A stretch of DNA of 64,000 nucleotides from the NCBI GenBank assembly GCA_965221905.1, contig OZ244922.1, positions 2,944,001 through 3,008,000 on the forward strand, given 5' to 3'. Numbering within the stretch: position 1 is the first letter of the stretch; every line of letters starts with the position of its first letter. This DNA is from Chloroflexota bacterium. Its GTDB lineage: Bacteria; Chloroflexota; UBA11872; VXOZ01. The translations under genes were made by a program, and so were the position numbers. This document shows positions 49,106 to 59,348 of the stretch, piece after piece. Below the pieces are notes generated by a model. That model did no database searches and was not told where the DNA came from. It was given only the letters and a program-made list of their open reading frames with translations.

Positions 49106-50572
49106 GTGGAAACAACCGTAGCAGAGAAGTATCGCACTGTCATTGGCTTGGAATTTCACGTGCAGCTTTTGACAGAGAGCAAGATGTTCTGCGCGTGCAG
49201 CGCGCAGTATGCCGCCCATCCGCCGAATACCGTTGTCTGCCCGGTTTGCCTCGGGTTGCCGGGCGCGCTGCCGGTCATCAACGAGAAGGTCATCGAGTGC
49301 ATCGTAATGACGGGCATGGCGCTGAACTCCACAATCCCGGAGTTTGCCAAGTTCGATCGCAAGAACTACCCTTATCCCGATCTCCCAAAGGGCTATCAAA
49401 TCTCCCAATACGACTTGCCATTCTGTATACAAGGGAGTCTTGAGCTTGACGAGGAAGACGGCGGACGCACCATTGACATTACGCGCGTTCACCAAGAGGA
49501 AGACACGGCAAAGTCTACCCACGTAACCGCGTCGAGCGGTGAGCGGTACTCACTCGTAGACTTCAACCGCTCCGGGGTTCCCCTGATGGAAGTTGTGACT
49601 GAGCCCGACATTGCCTCGCCCCAGGAAGCGGTGGCATTTGGGCGCAAGCTGCGCCAGATTGTGCGGTATCTCGGCATCTCCACCGCCAACATGGAAGACG
49701 GCGCCATGCGCTGCGACGCCAATATCTCGATATGGCCCGCAGACGCGCCCACCGGCAACATCAAAGTCGAAGTCAAGAACATGAACTCCTTCCGATCCGT
49801 GGAGCGGGCATTACTGTTTGAGCAAGAACGTCAGACGCGTATTCTGGAGAGCGGCAACGATACGCGCGTAACCGAGACACGCGGCTGGCTTGAAACGACC
49901 GGAGAGACCGTGTCGCAGCGCTCAAAAGAAGAAGCCCATGACTACCGCTATTTTCCCGAACCGGACCTGCCGCCTTTGCAACTTTCGCAGGAATGGATAG
50001 ATGGCGTGCGGCAGAAACTGCCCGAATTGCCGGGGGCAAAGAAACAGCGCTTTATGACAGCTTACGACCTCTCAGCCTACGATGCGGGCCTGCTTACGCA
50101 ATCCCGCGACCTGGCCGCGTATTTCGAGGCCGCGTCGACGCGCGCCAAGAACGCAAAGGCTGTAGCGAATTGGATGCTGCGCAATCTGTTGCAGCGTCTC
50201 AATGAATCCGATACCGAAATCAACGACTGCAAGATTTCACCGGAGTCGCTGGCCGAGATGATCCTGCTCATTGAATCCGGCGAGATCAGCAACCGTATTG
50301 CGCAAGAAGTGTTTGACAAGATGTTCGAATCAGGCAAGAGCGCGCAGGAAATTGTGAAGGAGCAGGGCCTGACCCAGATCAGCGACGAGGACGCGCTCGC
50401 GGAAATTGTGGCTAAAGCGATTGAGGAAAACCCCGCCGCTGTGCAAGACTTTAAAGAGGGGAAGAAGCGGGCAATCGGCTTCTTGGTCGGTCAGGTGATG
50501 AAGGCCACCCGCGGCAAAGCAAACCCCGGCATCGTTAACCAGAAGCTCCAAGAGGTGTTGCGCCAAGTCTGA
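49106..50572 (+). CDS. gatB: Asp/Glu-tRNA amidotransferase subunit B
   Basis: VIGLE.HVQL, FDRKNY.YPDLPKGYQISQ, DFNR.G.PL.E, YRYFPEPDLP and GQVMK.TRGKANP motifs. Confidence 0.97.
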   Translation: METTVAEKYRTVIGLEFHVQLLTESKMFCACSAQYAAHPPNTVVCPVCLGLPGALPVINEKVIECIVMTGMALNSTIPEFAKFDRKNYPYPDLPKGYQISQYDLPFCIQGSLELDEEDGGRTIDITRVHQEEDTAKSTHVTASSGERYSLVDFNRSGVPLMEVVTEPDIASPQEAVAFGRKLRQIVRYLGISTANMEDGAMRCDANISIWPADAPTGNIKVEVKNMNSFRSVERALLFEQERQTRILESGNDTRVTETRGWLETTGETVSQRSKEEAHDYRYFPEPDLPPLQLSQEWIDGVRQKLPELPGAKKQRFMTAYDLSAYDAGLLTQSRDLAAYFEAASTRAKNAKAVANWMLRNLLQRLNESDTEINDCKISPESLAEMILLIESGEISNRIAQEVFDKMFESGKSAQEIVKEQGLTQISDEDALAEIVAKAIEENPAAVQDFKEGKKRAIGFLVGQVMKATRGKANPGIVNQKLQEVLRQV

Positions 50573-50696
50573 AGAGGTGGCGCCCATATCTTGCGATACT
50601 CACTACACCAAAGCGAAATACTACCTGGTTCAACGAAGAGTCAGAGCTGTGCGCTTTACCCCGGCACGGGCGCCGGTCACGGAGGAGGCGTAGTAA

Positions 50697-51965
50697 ATGG
50701 CTGAGCTTGTCAATCAACAACAACGGATCAATCCGCTCACGATCGCCCTTGATCAATTCGATCGCACGGCGGAGATCCTGCACCTTGACGAAGATATGCG
50801 CAAGGTGCTCCGCGTCCCCAAGCGCGAACTCACCGTTAATTTCCCCGTGCGCATGGATACCGGCAGCCTGGAGATGTTCTCCGGCTATCGGGTGCAGCAC
50901 AACGTGAATCGCGGCCCGGCCAAGGGCGGCATTCGGTTCGCCCCCGACGTGGACATCGAGGAAGTGCGCGCCCTGGCAATGTGGATGACGTGGAAGTGCG
51001 CGTTGGTGGGGATACCCTATGGCGGCGCCAAGGGCGGCGTGGCGTGCAATCCAAAGCAACTCTCCCGCACTGAGCTCGAAGGGCTTACCCGGCGCTACAC
51101 AACCGAAATCTACACGCTCATCGGCCCGGAATCCGACATTCCCGCGCCGGACATGAACACAGATTCTCAGATCATGGCGTGGATCATGGATACCTACAGC
51201 ATGCAAAGAGGGTACTCCGTGCCAGCGGTTGTAACAGGCAAGCCCCTGGAGATCGGCGGCTCCGCAGGCAGGACCGAGGCTACCGGGCGCGGCGTGACCT
51301 ATGTGGTTGAAGAGGTGCTCGGGCACTACGGCCAGCGACTCGAAGGCAAGACAATCGCGATTCAAGGATTTGGCAACGTGGGCTCGCATGCGGCCGACTT
51401 GCTCGTGGAACAAGGAGCAAAGGTAGTCGCAATCTCTGACGTGAGCGGCGCGGTCTACAATGCGCGTGGGCTCGACGTAAACGCGGCACTGCAGATCAAG
51501 AATGAAGGAGTGCTTGTCAGCGACCTGCCCGGCGGCGAGCGCATCAGTAACGATGAATTGCTTGAACTGCCGGTAGACATTTTGGTCCCGGCCGCCGTCC
51601 ACGGGCAGATAACGGCTGAAAACGCCGACGACATCCGTGCCCGTTTCATCGCCGAGGCCGCCAACGGCCCAACGACTCCCGAGGCGGACGAGATTCTACG
51701 CGAGCGTGGGATCATCGTTATCCCCGACGTGCTTTGTAACGCGGGCGGCGTAACAGTCTCGTACTTCGAGTGGGTGCAGGGCCTGCAGTCATTCTTCTGG
51801 GACATCGACGAGATCCGCAAGCAGCTTAAGAGTATCCTCACTCGCGCAACCCGCGAGACCATCGCGACTGCGGAGAAGTACGACATTGACCTGCGCATGG
51901 GAGCTTCCGCGCTCGGCGTGAGCCGCGTGGCTGAGGCGACCATGGTCCGCGGCATCTACCCCTAG
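50697..51965 (+). CDS. gdhA: Glu/Leu/Phe/Val dehydrogenase (glutamate dehydrogenase)
   Basis: RGPAKGGIR, GGAKGG, DIPAPD, VTGKP, QGFGNVG and NAGGVTVSYFEW motifs. Confidence 0.93.
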   Translation: MAELVNQQQRINPLTIALDQFDRTAEILHLDEDMRKVLRVPKRELTVNFPVRMDTGSLEMFSGYRVQHNVNRGPAKGGIRFAPDVDIEEVRALAMWMTWKCALVGIPYGGAKGGVACNPKQLSRTELEGLTRRYTTEIYTLIGPESDIPAPDMNTDSQIMAWIMDTYSMQRGYSVPAVVTGKPLEIGGSAGRTEATGRGVTYVVEEVLGHYGQRLEGKTIAIQGFGNVGSHAADLLVEQGAKVVAISDVSGAVYNARGLDVNAALQIKNEGVLVSDLPGGERISNDELLELPVDILVPAAVHGQITAENADDIRARFIAEAANGPTTPEADEILRERGIIVIPDVLCNAGGVTVSYFEWVQGLQSFFWDIDEIRKQLKSILTRATRETIATAEKYDIDLRMGASALGVSRVAEATMVRGIYP

Positions 51966-52316
51966 CCTCCACTGCATCCGTGCCAATCGCGACGTAGCAA
52001 GCGTCAAGAGAAGCCTAAGCACTAGTATGTTATTTTCAACTAGGGACTTTCTTACCCCACGGAGCTGACACTTTAGGAGATTCCCCAATGTTGCGAGCAG
52101 CATTTCTCGCAACATTTCTCGTTAACCGACCCAAGCACGGCTCAGGCAGATCGCACCTGCGGCACCCGTTCCGCCGGCCTGGAAGTAGTGTGCCTTCAAC
52201 AGTTCAGGCGCGGGTATTCTGACAGATGAACGAGCATGGAAATCTCTCAACTTCCCCGCTCGTGTTCTATGCTTCTGAGCTTGTCGTTCTTTGCTACCTG
52301 GGCTGTATAGACAACG

Positions 52317-52345
52317 TTGACACCTAGCAGCAGCTTATCTATGCT
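52317..52345 (+). promoter_or_regulatory. sigma70-type promoter
   Basis: TTGACA-17 nt-TATGCT, about 47 nt before ATG 52393. Confidence 0.65.
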
Positions 52346-52392
52346 TTATGCAGGTTCTTGACTTCCAGAGTACGGATAGGAGTGGAGTAACT

Positions 52393-53790
52393 ATGGATAT
52401 GAGTAGGTCTAGTCGTCTATTTTCGCGGCGGCGAATCCTTGCTGGAGGCGCGGCATCGGGAGCATTCTTGTTGCTCGCTGCGTGCGGTGGGACAGCGACC
52501 ACCGAGGCAATGCCCAAGGAGGAGATGAAGGAGGCTGAAGCGCCGAAGGCAGAGGCCAAGCAGCCCGAGATGGAGAAGATCTCGCTCGCTTTCCGCGATT
52601 GGCGACCAGTCGGCCAAACCCCAACCACTTGGGACCAATGGTTCATCTGGGCGAGTGAGACTTTCCGCGAAGCGAATCCGCAGGTAGAAAATATCGAATA
52701 CACGCGCGTGCCGTTTGGCGAAAACGTTGCGAAACTCACTACGGAGTCCGCTGCGCGCGTCACGCCCGACGTCATGCACAGCTCGATCATTTGGGCACGC
52801 GACCTCTGGGACAACGGCTTGCTGACTGACCTCAGCGCTCATATTGCCACAGCGCCGGACGTTGCCGAAGACCAGTTCATGCCCAGTGCTAACCCCTACC
52901 GGATTGCGCAAGGTAAGATCTTCGGCCTTTCCTTCTGGGGGCCGGACTCCTATGTGCTCGTGATCAACCAGGACCACTTCATCGAAGCAGGGCTCGATCC
53001 TCAAGGCGCAGACTTAGCCACATGGGACGGGCTGTCTGCAGCCACCGAGAAACTCTCTAAGAAAGATTCCGCCGGCATATACTCCCGTCTGGGCTACCCG
53101 TATGACGTGCCGGGCTTCGAGGCATTTGCCTCCTGGCTCTACGCCAACGGCGGGGACATGCACAATGAAGAGCTGAGTGAAGCGGTCTTCGATTCACCTA
53201 AGGCGCTTGAGTTGGCAGACCACCGCCAGAAGCAATTCATACGATACCGCGACCGGGGCGGGGACTATCCTTCGGGCAGGGCGGCACTCCAAGAAGGACG
53301 CGGGTCCGCGGTGCCGTGGGGTACGTGGGCGGCCTACTACATCCGCGATGAGTTTGAAGAAGGCTTCAACTTCTGGTTTGCGCCGCCACCCCAAGGTCCC
53401 AGCAGTCAGGGCGAGGCCAGTGGCACCAGTTGGATCAACATGATTGTCGTGCCCGACGGCTCGGCGCAGCCTGACATGGCGTTCGAGTTGAACCGATTTA
53501 TCTGCGGCCTCGAGGCCCAGATCCAGAAGCTGCTGCTCGTCAAGCAGGTTTCACCGCGGCTCGATTTCTACAACTCGTCAGAGTGGGCCACTGCGGTTGA
53601 AGACTTCCCAGTGATCAACGTTACGCCTGAAGTTGGGGCAAGAGGCAAGACCTACCCCTTCTACCGTCGCTATTCGGCATCTGCGCCGCACTACAAAATT
53701 GTGTCTGATGCCATCGGCGGAGAGAGCGAACTTGATCTCAAGGGCGCGCTTACCGAAGCCGCCAGGCTCATTACCCAGGAGCTTGAGTAA
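52393..53790 (+). CDS. ABC solute-binding lipoprotein (Tat signal), paralog 1
   Basis: SRRRIL, lipobox LAAC, an E/K/A/P linker and sugar-binding-protein-like body. Confidence 0.85.
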   Translation: MDMSRSSRLFSRRRILAGGAASGAFLLLAACGGTATTEAMPKEEMKEAEAPKAEAKQPEMEKISLAFRDWRPVGQTPTTWDQWFIWASETFREANPQVENIEYTRVPFGENVAKLTTESAARVTPDVMHSSIIWARDLWDNGLLTDLSAHIATAPDVAEDQFMPSANPYRIAQGKIFGLSFWGPDSYVLVINQDHFIEAGLDPQGADLATWDGLSAATEKLSKKDSAGIYSRLGYPYDVPGFEAFASWLYANGGDMHNEELSEAVFDSPKALELADHRQKQFIRYRDRGGDYPSGRAALQEGRGSAVPWGTWAAYYIRDEFEEGFNFWFAPPPQGPSSQGEASGTSWINMIVVPDGSAQPDMAFELNRFICGLEAQIQKLLLVKQVSPRLDFYNSSEWATAVEDFPVINVTPEVGARGKTYPFYRRYSASAPHYKIVSDAIGGESELDLKGALTEAARLITQELE

Positions 53791-53844
53791 ATCCGCTGAA
53801 TTCCCGCTTGCGCGGGAACGTTAGCAAGTCATTGACAGAGCATA

Positions 53845-53880
53845 CAGGAGAGGGACGGCTTCCCGGTTGTTCCTCTCCTG
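53845..53880 (+). terminator. Stem-loop after paralog 1
   Basis: caggagagg...cctctcctg inverted repeat. Confidence 0.5.
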
Positions 53881-53906
53881 CATTCGTTCGCCTACGGTCT
53901 TTGTCG

Positions 53907-53935
53907 TTGACACGTCATTGCAGTTTCTCTATCCT
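53907..53935 (+). promoter_or_regulatory. sigma70-type promoter
   Basis: TTGACA-17 nt-TATCCT, about 47 nt before ATG 53983. Confidence 0.6.
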
Positions 53936-53982
53936 TTAGCCAGACTCTCGCTACCATAGCATTGAAAGGAAAGGTGGCAGCT

Positions 53983-55386
53983 ATGGACACCAATGAGATG
54001 AAGCGTGTGTTCTCACGGCGGCGCTTTCTTGCTGGCGGCGCGGCAAGCGGCGGGTTCTTGCTGCTCGCAGCCTGCGGTGGGGCGGGGACCGACGAGGCAA
54101 TGCCGAAAGAGGAGATGAAGGAGCCGGAACAGGCGAAAGAGGCGGCTGCTAAGCCCGAAGCGGAGCCAATCACCGTCGTCTTCCGCGACTGGCGCGAGCC
54201 GGGACGTACTCTCACTACGTGGGAAACCTGGTTCAACTGGTCCGCTGACACATTCCGTGAAATGAACCCGCAAGTAGAGGCGATCGAGTACACATTCGTG
54301 CCTTTCGGCGCCGAGTACTTGCAGAAGCTCACCACGGAAGCTGCTGCGCGCGTCGCGCCCGACGTGGTGCACAGTTCCATCATCTGGGGCCGCGACCTGT
54401 GGGACAATGGCATTTTGGCGGACCTCAGCGCGCATATTGCCACAGCTCCGGACGTTGGGGCCGATCAATTCATGCCCAGCGCCAACCCCTATCGCACAGC
54501 AGAGGGCAAGGTCTTCGGCATCTCCTTCTGGGGTCCGGACTCCTATGTGATGGTGATCAACCAGGACCACTATGTGGATGCCGGTCTCGATCCCGAAGGC
54601 GGCGACCAATTGACCTGGGAGGACTTGGCCGCATCCACGGAGAGACTCTCCAAGAAAGACTCATCCGGCAACTACGAGCGCCTTGGCTTTACGTACCACA
54701 TCCCCGGCATGCCTGAGTTTGCCGCCTGGCTCTACGCCAACGGCGGCGAAATGCACAACGCCGAACTCACAGATGCCATCTTCGACACGGCCCAAGCGCT
54801 GGAAGTGGCGGAACACCGCGCCATTCAGTACGTGCGCTACAAGGACCGCGTTGAAGGCTATCCAGGCAACTTAGATAGCTTGCGGCAAGGTCTCGGGTCC
54901 GGCATTTCTTGGGGTACCTGGGCTGCTTACTACGTTCGGGATGAATTTCCGGAAGACTTCAAATTCTGGATGGTGCCGATGCCGAAGGGGCCAAGCACAG
55001 ATGGCGAAACGAGCGGCGCAACGTGGATCAACATGATGGTCGTGCCCGACGGCGCGCAGCAGCCGGACATGGCGTTTGAGTACAGCCGGTTCATCTGCGG
55101 CCTGGAGGCGCAGGTGCAGAAGCTGGTCCTGGTCAAGCAGGTCTCGCCGCGGCTTGACTTCTACGGCACGCCCGAATGGGCGCAAGCGGTGGAAGAACTG
55201 CCGCAGCTTGCGGCCGTACCCGCAATCGGCGCAGCCGGCAAGCCCTATCCGTTCTTTAGGCGCTACACGGCAGCAAATGCCCACTTCCCAATTGTGCAGG
55301 ATGCCATGAGCGGTGAGAGCGATCTCGACTTGCGGGGCGCCATCGCAGAAGCCGTGAAACTCATTGCCCAAGAGCTGGAGTCTTAG
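53983..55386 (+). CDS. ABC solute-binding lipoprotein (Tat signal), paralog 2
   Basis: SRRRFL and LAAC; collinear with paralog 1 over its whole length. Confidence 0.85.
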   Translation: MDTNEMKRVFSRRRFLAGGAASGGFLLLAACGGAGTDEAMPKEEMKEPEQAKEAAAKPEAEPITVVFRDWREPGRTLTTWETWFNWSADTFREMNPQVEAIEYTFVPFGAEYLQKLTTEAAARVAPDVVHSSIIWGRDLWDNGILADLSAHIATAPDVGADQFMPSANPYRTAEGKVFGISFWGPDSYVMVINQDHYVDAGLDPEGGDQLTWEDLAASTERLSKKDSSGNYERLGFTYHIPGMPEFAAWLYANGGEMHNAELTDAIFDTAQALEVAEHRAIQYVRYKDRVEGYPGNLDSLRQGLGSGISWGTWAAYYVRDEFPEDFKFWMVPMPKGPSTDGETSGATWINMMVVPDGAQQPDMAFEYSRFICGLEAQVQKLVLVKQVSPRLDFYGTPEWAQAVEELPQLAAVPAIGAAGKPYPFFRRYTAANAHFPIVQDAMSGESDLDLRGAIAEAVKLIAQELES

Positions 55387-55505
55387 GGCTGGATTTCCGC
55401 TTGCGCGGGAGTGACGAAGCAGGTCTTGTATCGCCTTAGACTGGGCGGTGTAACGCCGGCAATCGGGCCCTACGTCGCCCGTAAATGGGCGTTGTATTGG
55501 CTACG

Positions 55506-55546
55506 ACTGGAGAGACGGCCTAGGCCGTCTCTCCAGTTTGTCTTTG
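55506..55546 (+). terminator. 32-bp perfect palindrome with a T-rich tail
   Basis: actggagagacggcct|aggccgtctctccagt followed by ttgtcttt. Confidence 0.6.
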
Positions 55547-55688
55547 ACCGTCGCGCGAATATATCGCATAATGCTGTTCAATGTCCTAACGAGTGTCCGC
55601 CCATTCACCCAGCCAAGAACGAGCAGCGGTCAGGGCAGAATTGGCTCAGCATGAACGGCTTTTCCCGCTAGTAGCTCGCATTGAGTTT

Positions 55689-55713
55689 CCGTTCACACTG
55701 AGCCTGTCGAAGG
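55689..55713. repeat. CTTCGACAGGCTCAG-type repeat copy
   Basis: ccgttcacactgagcctgtcgaagg. Confidence 0.7.
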
Positions 55714-55778
55714 GTACGTGTTTTCGGGCATCGCGCGTGAGAAGAGTTCAATCCACGCCGTAAACAGGGGGCGCAACC

Positions 55779-56612
55779 ATGTCGTTCAAACTCGCTGTAG
55801 CGCAGATGGATTGCGTACTCGGCGACGTGGCCGCCAACCTAGAACGGATGGATAGTCTCGTCGGCGCTGCCGCAGCGCAAGGCGCAACGGTGGCGGTGCT
55901 CCCTGAACTCGCTACCACCGGGTATTTCGTCGGCGACCGCATCGATACGCTGGCAGAATCCATCCCCGGCCCGACAACGGATGCGCTGGGGCAGATTGCC
56001 CGTCGCCACCAGTGCTACGTCGTGGCCGGTATGATCGAACGCGATGGCGACCGGTACTACAATAGCGCCGCGCTGCTTGCTCCTGACGGCAGCCTGCACG
56101 GCGCCTACCGTAAAATCCACCTCTTCTCGGCTGAACGCACGGTATTCACCCCCGGCACGGAACCGGCTCTCTTCGACATTGACGGAACCCGCGTGGCGCT
56201 GACGATTTGCTACGACCTCATATTCCCTGAGTACATTCGCCGTCTCGTCCTCGAGGGCGCTCAGGTTATCCTGAATAGCACCGACTGGATCACCAATGAC
56301 TGGCAGCGCAGCCTGGGCTGGGGCGGTCCGGTGGTTGCCGGTCTCGTGGCGACACGCGCTTTAGAAAACACCGTGCACGTTGCAATGGCGGACCGCGCTG
56401 GCGTAGAGGAAGGCTGGAAGAGTCTGGGGCACTCGTGCATCGCCGCGCCTTCCGGTGCGCATCTCGCTAAAATAGACGATGGCGAAGGTGTAGCGGTGGC
56501 TGCGATTGAGCTCGACCATGCCGATTGGGAACAGTGGCGCACCGTAGCAACGTACTTGGACGACCGCCAACCAGAACTCTATATTCCCAGTGACACGTGC
56601 TCGCAGGAGTAG
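55779..56612 (+). CDS. Carbon-nitrogen hydrolase (nitrilase family)
   Basis: LPEL..TGY, YRKIHL and ICYD..FPE (Glu-Lys-Cys triad). Confidence 0.92.
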   Translation: MSFKLAVAQMDCVLGDVAANLERMDSLVGAAAAQGATVAVLPELATTGYFVGDRIDTLAESIPGPTTDALGQIARRHQCYVVAGMIERDGDRYYNSAALLAPDGSLHGAYRKIHLFSAERTVFTPGTEPALFDIDGTRVALTICYDLIFPEYIRRLVLEGAQVILNSTDWITNDWQRSLGWGGPVVAGLVATRALENTVHVAMADRAGVEEGWKSLGHSCIAAPSGAHLAKIDDGEGVAVAAIELDHADWEQWRTVATYLDDRQPELYIPSDTCSQE

Positions 56613-56762
56613 CGCGGGGCCTTGTGCCCCGCCAGTATCGAAAATGGCGTGTACGTCCTGTTGCAGCCCTTTAGCTCCTGCTAGTTCCATTCACCCTTCG
56701 ACAAGCTCAGAGCCTGCCCCGTACCCGATACAGCGTATCGACACGATACGGGGGCGAACGGT
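56609..56762. repeat. GTAG REP plus a nested composite repeat
   Basis: gtagcgcggggccttgtgccccgc at 56609; cccttcgacaagctcag-[agcctgccccgtac...gatacgggg]-gcgaacgg at about 56694. Confidence 0.65.
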
Positions 56763-56947
56763 TTATTGAGTCGGTCATTTGTCTCGTGGTGCCTCTCTCC
56801 GCTAATGTCTCGACAAGAGCTTGGCAAAACTTCGCAGTGCGAATGGTGAAAGGCATGCCTTTTGCTTTCGTGTAGCGCACTTGGTAATTTGGGTGTGTGC
56901 TACGAGCCCGCACTTGCGTCAAAGCCCATCTAACGAAAGGCTAAGCC

Positions 56948-58912
56948 GTGGATATCCGTACGTACCTCTCTGAAGAAGCCCGTCGTATGCAGGCGGAGTC
57001 GCTGCACACCTTGCCCGCGCCTGCCGACTGGCCGCAAGCGCGCAAGGAGTGGCTCGCACAATACTACGCGATGATGGGCGTAACCAGCCACATGGCTCTC
57101 ACAGAGCGACCTCCACTGAATGTGCAGGTCACAAAAGAGACTCAGCGAGACGGCTACCGCATCCTAAATCTCTATTACGAGAGCTTGCCCGGGCTCTACG
57201 TCACCGGCAACCTCTACCTGCCCACGAATACAGAGAATCCCGTGCCGGGCGTGCTCTATGTCTGCGGTCACGCGCAAAAGCAGAAGGAACACTATCAGGC
57301 CCATCCCCGCAAATTCGCCCAAATCGGCATGGCCTGTTTGCTCGTCGAGACCATCCAGCTTGGTGAAATCGAGGGGCACCATCACGGCACGTGCCATCGC
57401 GGCTGGTTCAACTGGTTCAGCCAAGGCTACACGCCCGCGGGTGTGGAGCTCTGGAACGGCGTGCGCGGTCTCGACCTGCTGGCGTCGTTGCCGGAAGTGG
57501 ACGGCACACGCCTGGGGGTCACCGGCATTTCCGGGGGCGGCGCGGTGAGTTGGTGGGTTGCCGCTGCCGACGAACGCGTGAAGGTGGTAGCGCCGGTTTG
57601 CGGTACCGCCACGTTCGCTTCCCATGTGCGCGAGCGCACCGTGGACGGCCACTGCGACTGCATGTTCCCCGTAAACGTTCACCGCTGGGAGCTGGCCGAT
57701 GTGGCCCGGTTGATTGCGCCGCGCCCCATGCTCATCGGTTCCGCCAATCGCGACGGCATCTTTCACATCCGGTCCATCCGCGAGTCGTTTGCGGGAATCA
57801 AGAAAGTCTACGATCACTTGGGCGCAGGCGAGAACACCCTACTTATTGAAACGCCGGGCGGACACTCCTATCACGCCAACTCACGGCGCGGCATCTTCTC
57901 CTGGTTCCTCCGCCACCTGGAACAAAAGGAGGTTGCGCCCGAGGCCGTAGGGGATATTGACGATAGCCCCGCAGTGCAGGAGAACGCAGCTACGCTCCGC
58001 GTCTATCAGAACGGCGTGCCCACGTCCGAGCGGGTCACGACCATTCACGAGGACTTCTTCACGCTGCCGGAACTCCCCAGCATTGCGAACGCAAACGAAT
58101 TGGCAGCCGTCCGCGACAAGGCTCGCGCCGCGCTTGCCGAGACATCGTTCGGACATTTCCCAAGTGCGCCAAGCGCTCTAGACGCGGAGGTTGAATACGA
58201 GATCGGCCGCGGCGACGCGGTCGCAGGCGGTAGGTTTGCCTTCACGTCGGAAGGCGGCTGGCGGCTGCACGGGTCTTGGACTCTGCCGGAATCAGATTCC
58301 GATGCGCCGGTCGTCGTCGCGCTGCGCTCGCCCCATGAGCGGCGCCGCACCACTGAAGACTGGCTGCAGGGCCTCGATAGTTCTTGGGCACGGGTGGTGG
58401 CTGAGCCACGCGGCACCGGCGACAATGCCTGGGGCACCGAGCTCGATTGGCACGTGCGCCGCGCCGCCATGCTCACCGGCCGCACCATCGCTTCCATTCA
58501 GGTCTACGACACGCTGCGCGCCCTGGAAGCCATTGCGCATCTGCCCGGAGTCGATAGCTCGCGGGTAGCCTTGGCCGGACGCCGCCAAATGGCGGTGGTA
58601 GCGCTCTACGCGGCGCTGCTCCACGCGGCGCGTCAGCGCCGCAGCAATTTGGAAGCGCTTATTCTGAGCGATCTGCCGGAGTCACTCAGCGCGCACTCCA
58701 ATCCTGACGGCACCGGCATCGCCAGTGAGATTCTCTTCGCGCTCCAGCACGCCGACCTGCCCCAAGCCGCCGGTCTGCTCTGGCCAACGGAACTGGTCTT
58801 CCTAGGCCCCCGCCCCGGCACTTACGGCTGGACCGAAGATCTCTACGCCCGCCTCGGCTCGCCTGGCGCAATACGGCACGTCATGAATCTTGGGCAGTGG
58901 CAAGCGACATGA
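56948..58912 (+). CDS. Acetylxylan esterase-like alpha/beta hydrolase (two-domain)
   Basis: ES.PG.YVTGNLY.P, VCGH, GISGGG, GHCDCM, LIAPRP and GHSY motifs. Confidence 0.75.
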   Translation: MDIRTYLSEEARRMQAESLHTLPAPADWPQARKEWLAQYYAMMGVTSHMALTERPPLNVQVTKETQRDGYRILNLYYESLPGLYVTGNLYLPTNTENPVPGVLYVCGHAQKQKEHYQAHPRKFAQIGMACLLVETIQLGEIEGHHHGTCHRGWFNWFSQGYTPAGVELWNGVRGLDLLASLPEVDGTRLGVTGISGGGAVSWWVAAADERVKVVAPVCGTATFASHVRERTVDGHCDCMFPVNVHRWELADVARLIAPRPMLIGSANRDGIFHIRSIRESFAGIKKVYDHLGAGENTLLIETPGGHSYHANSRRGIFSWFLRHLEQKEVAPEAVGDIDDSPAVQENAATLRVYQNGVPTSERVTTIHEDFFTLPELPSIANANELAAVRDKARAALAETSFGHFPSAPSALDAEVEYEIGRGDAVAGGRFAFTSEGGWRLHGSWTLPESDSDAPVVVALRSPHERRRTTEDWLQGLDSSWARVVAEPRGTGDNAWGTELDWHVRRAAMLTGRTIASIQVYDTLRALEAIAHLPGVDSSRVALAGRRQMAVVALYAALLHAARQRRSNLEALILSDLPESLSAHSNPDGTGIASEILFALQHADLPQAAGLLWPTELVFLGPRPGTYGWTEDLYARLGSPGAIRHVMNLGQWQAT

Positions 58913-59133
58913 AGTGCAGCATCCAGGGCTGTCCTGGAGAGTACGAAGCGAGCAGTATTATGCATACCGTGCGGCGCGAGGGGCAAGTGATTGTCATCGA
59001 CCACGTTCCGGCTGACGTCTGCGCAGTATGCGGAGACACGCTGCTGCAACCGGACACAGTACGCAAGATCGAAGCTCTCCTTCAACAAAAACGTCAACCG
59101 GCGAGTAGAGTGCCCTTGTATGAGTTCGCGTGA
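58909..59133 (+). CDS. YgiT/MqsA-type zinc-finger protein
   Basis: MKCSIQGC.G..VI.HVPA.VC.VCG; ATGA overlap with the upstream stop. Confidence 0.82.
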   Translation: MKCSIQGCPGEYEASSIMHTVRREGQVIVIDHVPADVCAVCGDTLLQPDTVRKIEALLQQKRQPASRVPLYEFA

Positions 59134-59348
59134 AAGGCGCACGCGCTCATTATTCTCCCAACGCTGAGCCAACACACGGCGCTGTCGCTCCACCGCAGAG
59201 CGTGCAATTCGGAAAAGCGCCTAGACAGAGTACTTGGATGACAGTCTGCTAAAGTGTTTCACGGGCTAGCGTTGTCCTGTCCCGTATTTCTCATCTTTCT
59301 GTGTCTTCTCCAGCAAGTCCTGTTGCCCTTGCCAACACTGAACCCGCG

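Noticed and set aside
50535-51602. 355-aa minus-strand ORF
   Set aside because: Antisense to gdhA, a common shadow ORF in GC-rich DNA.
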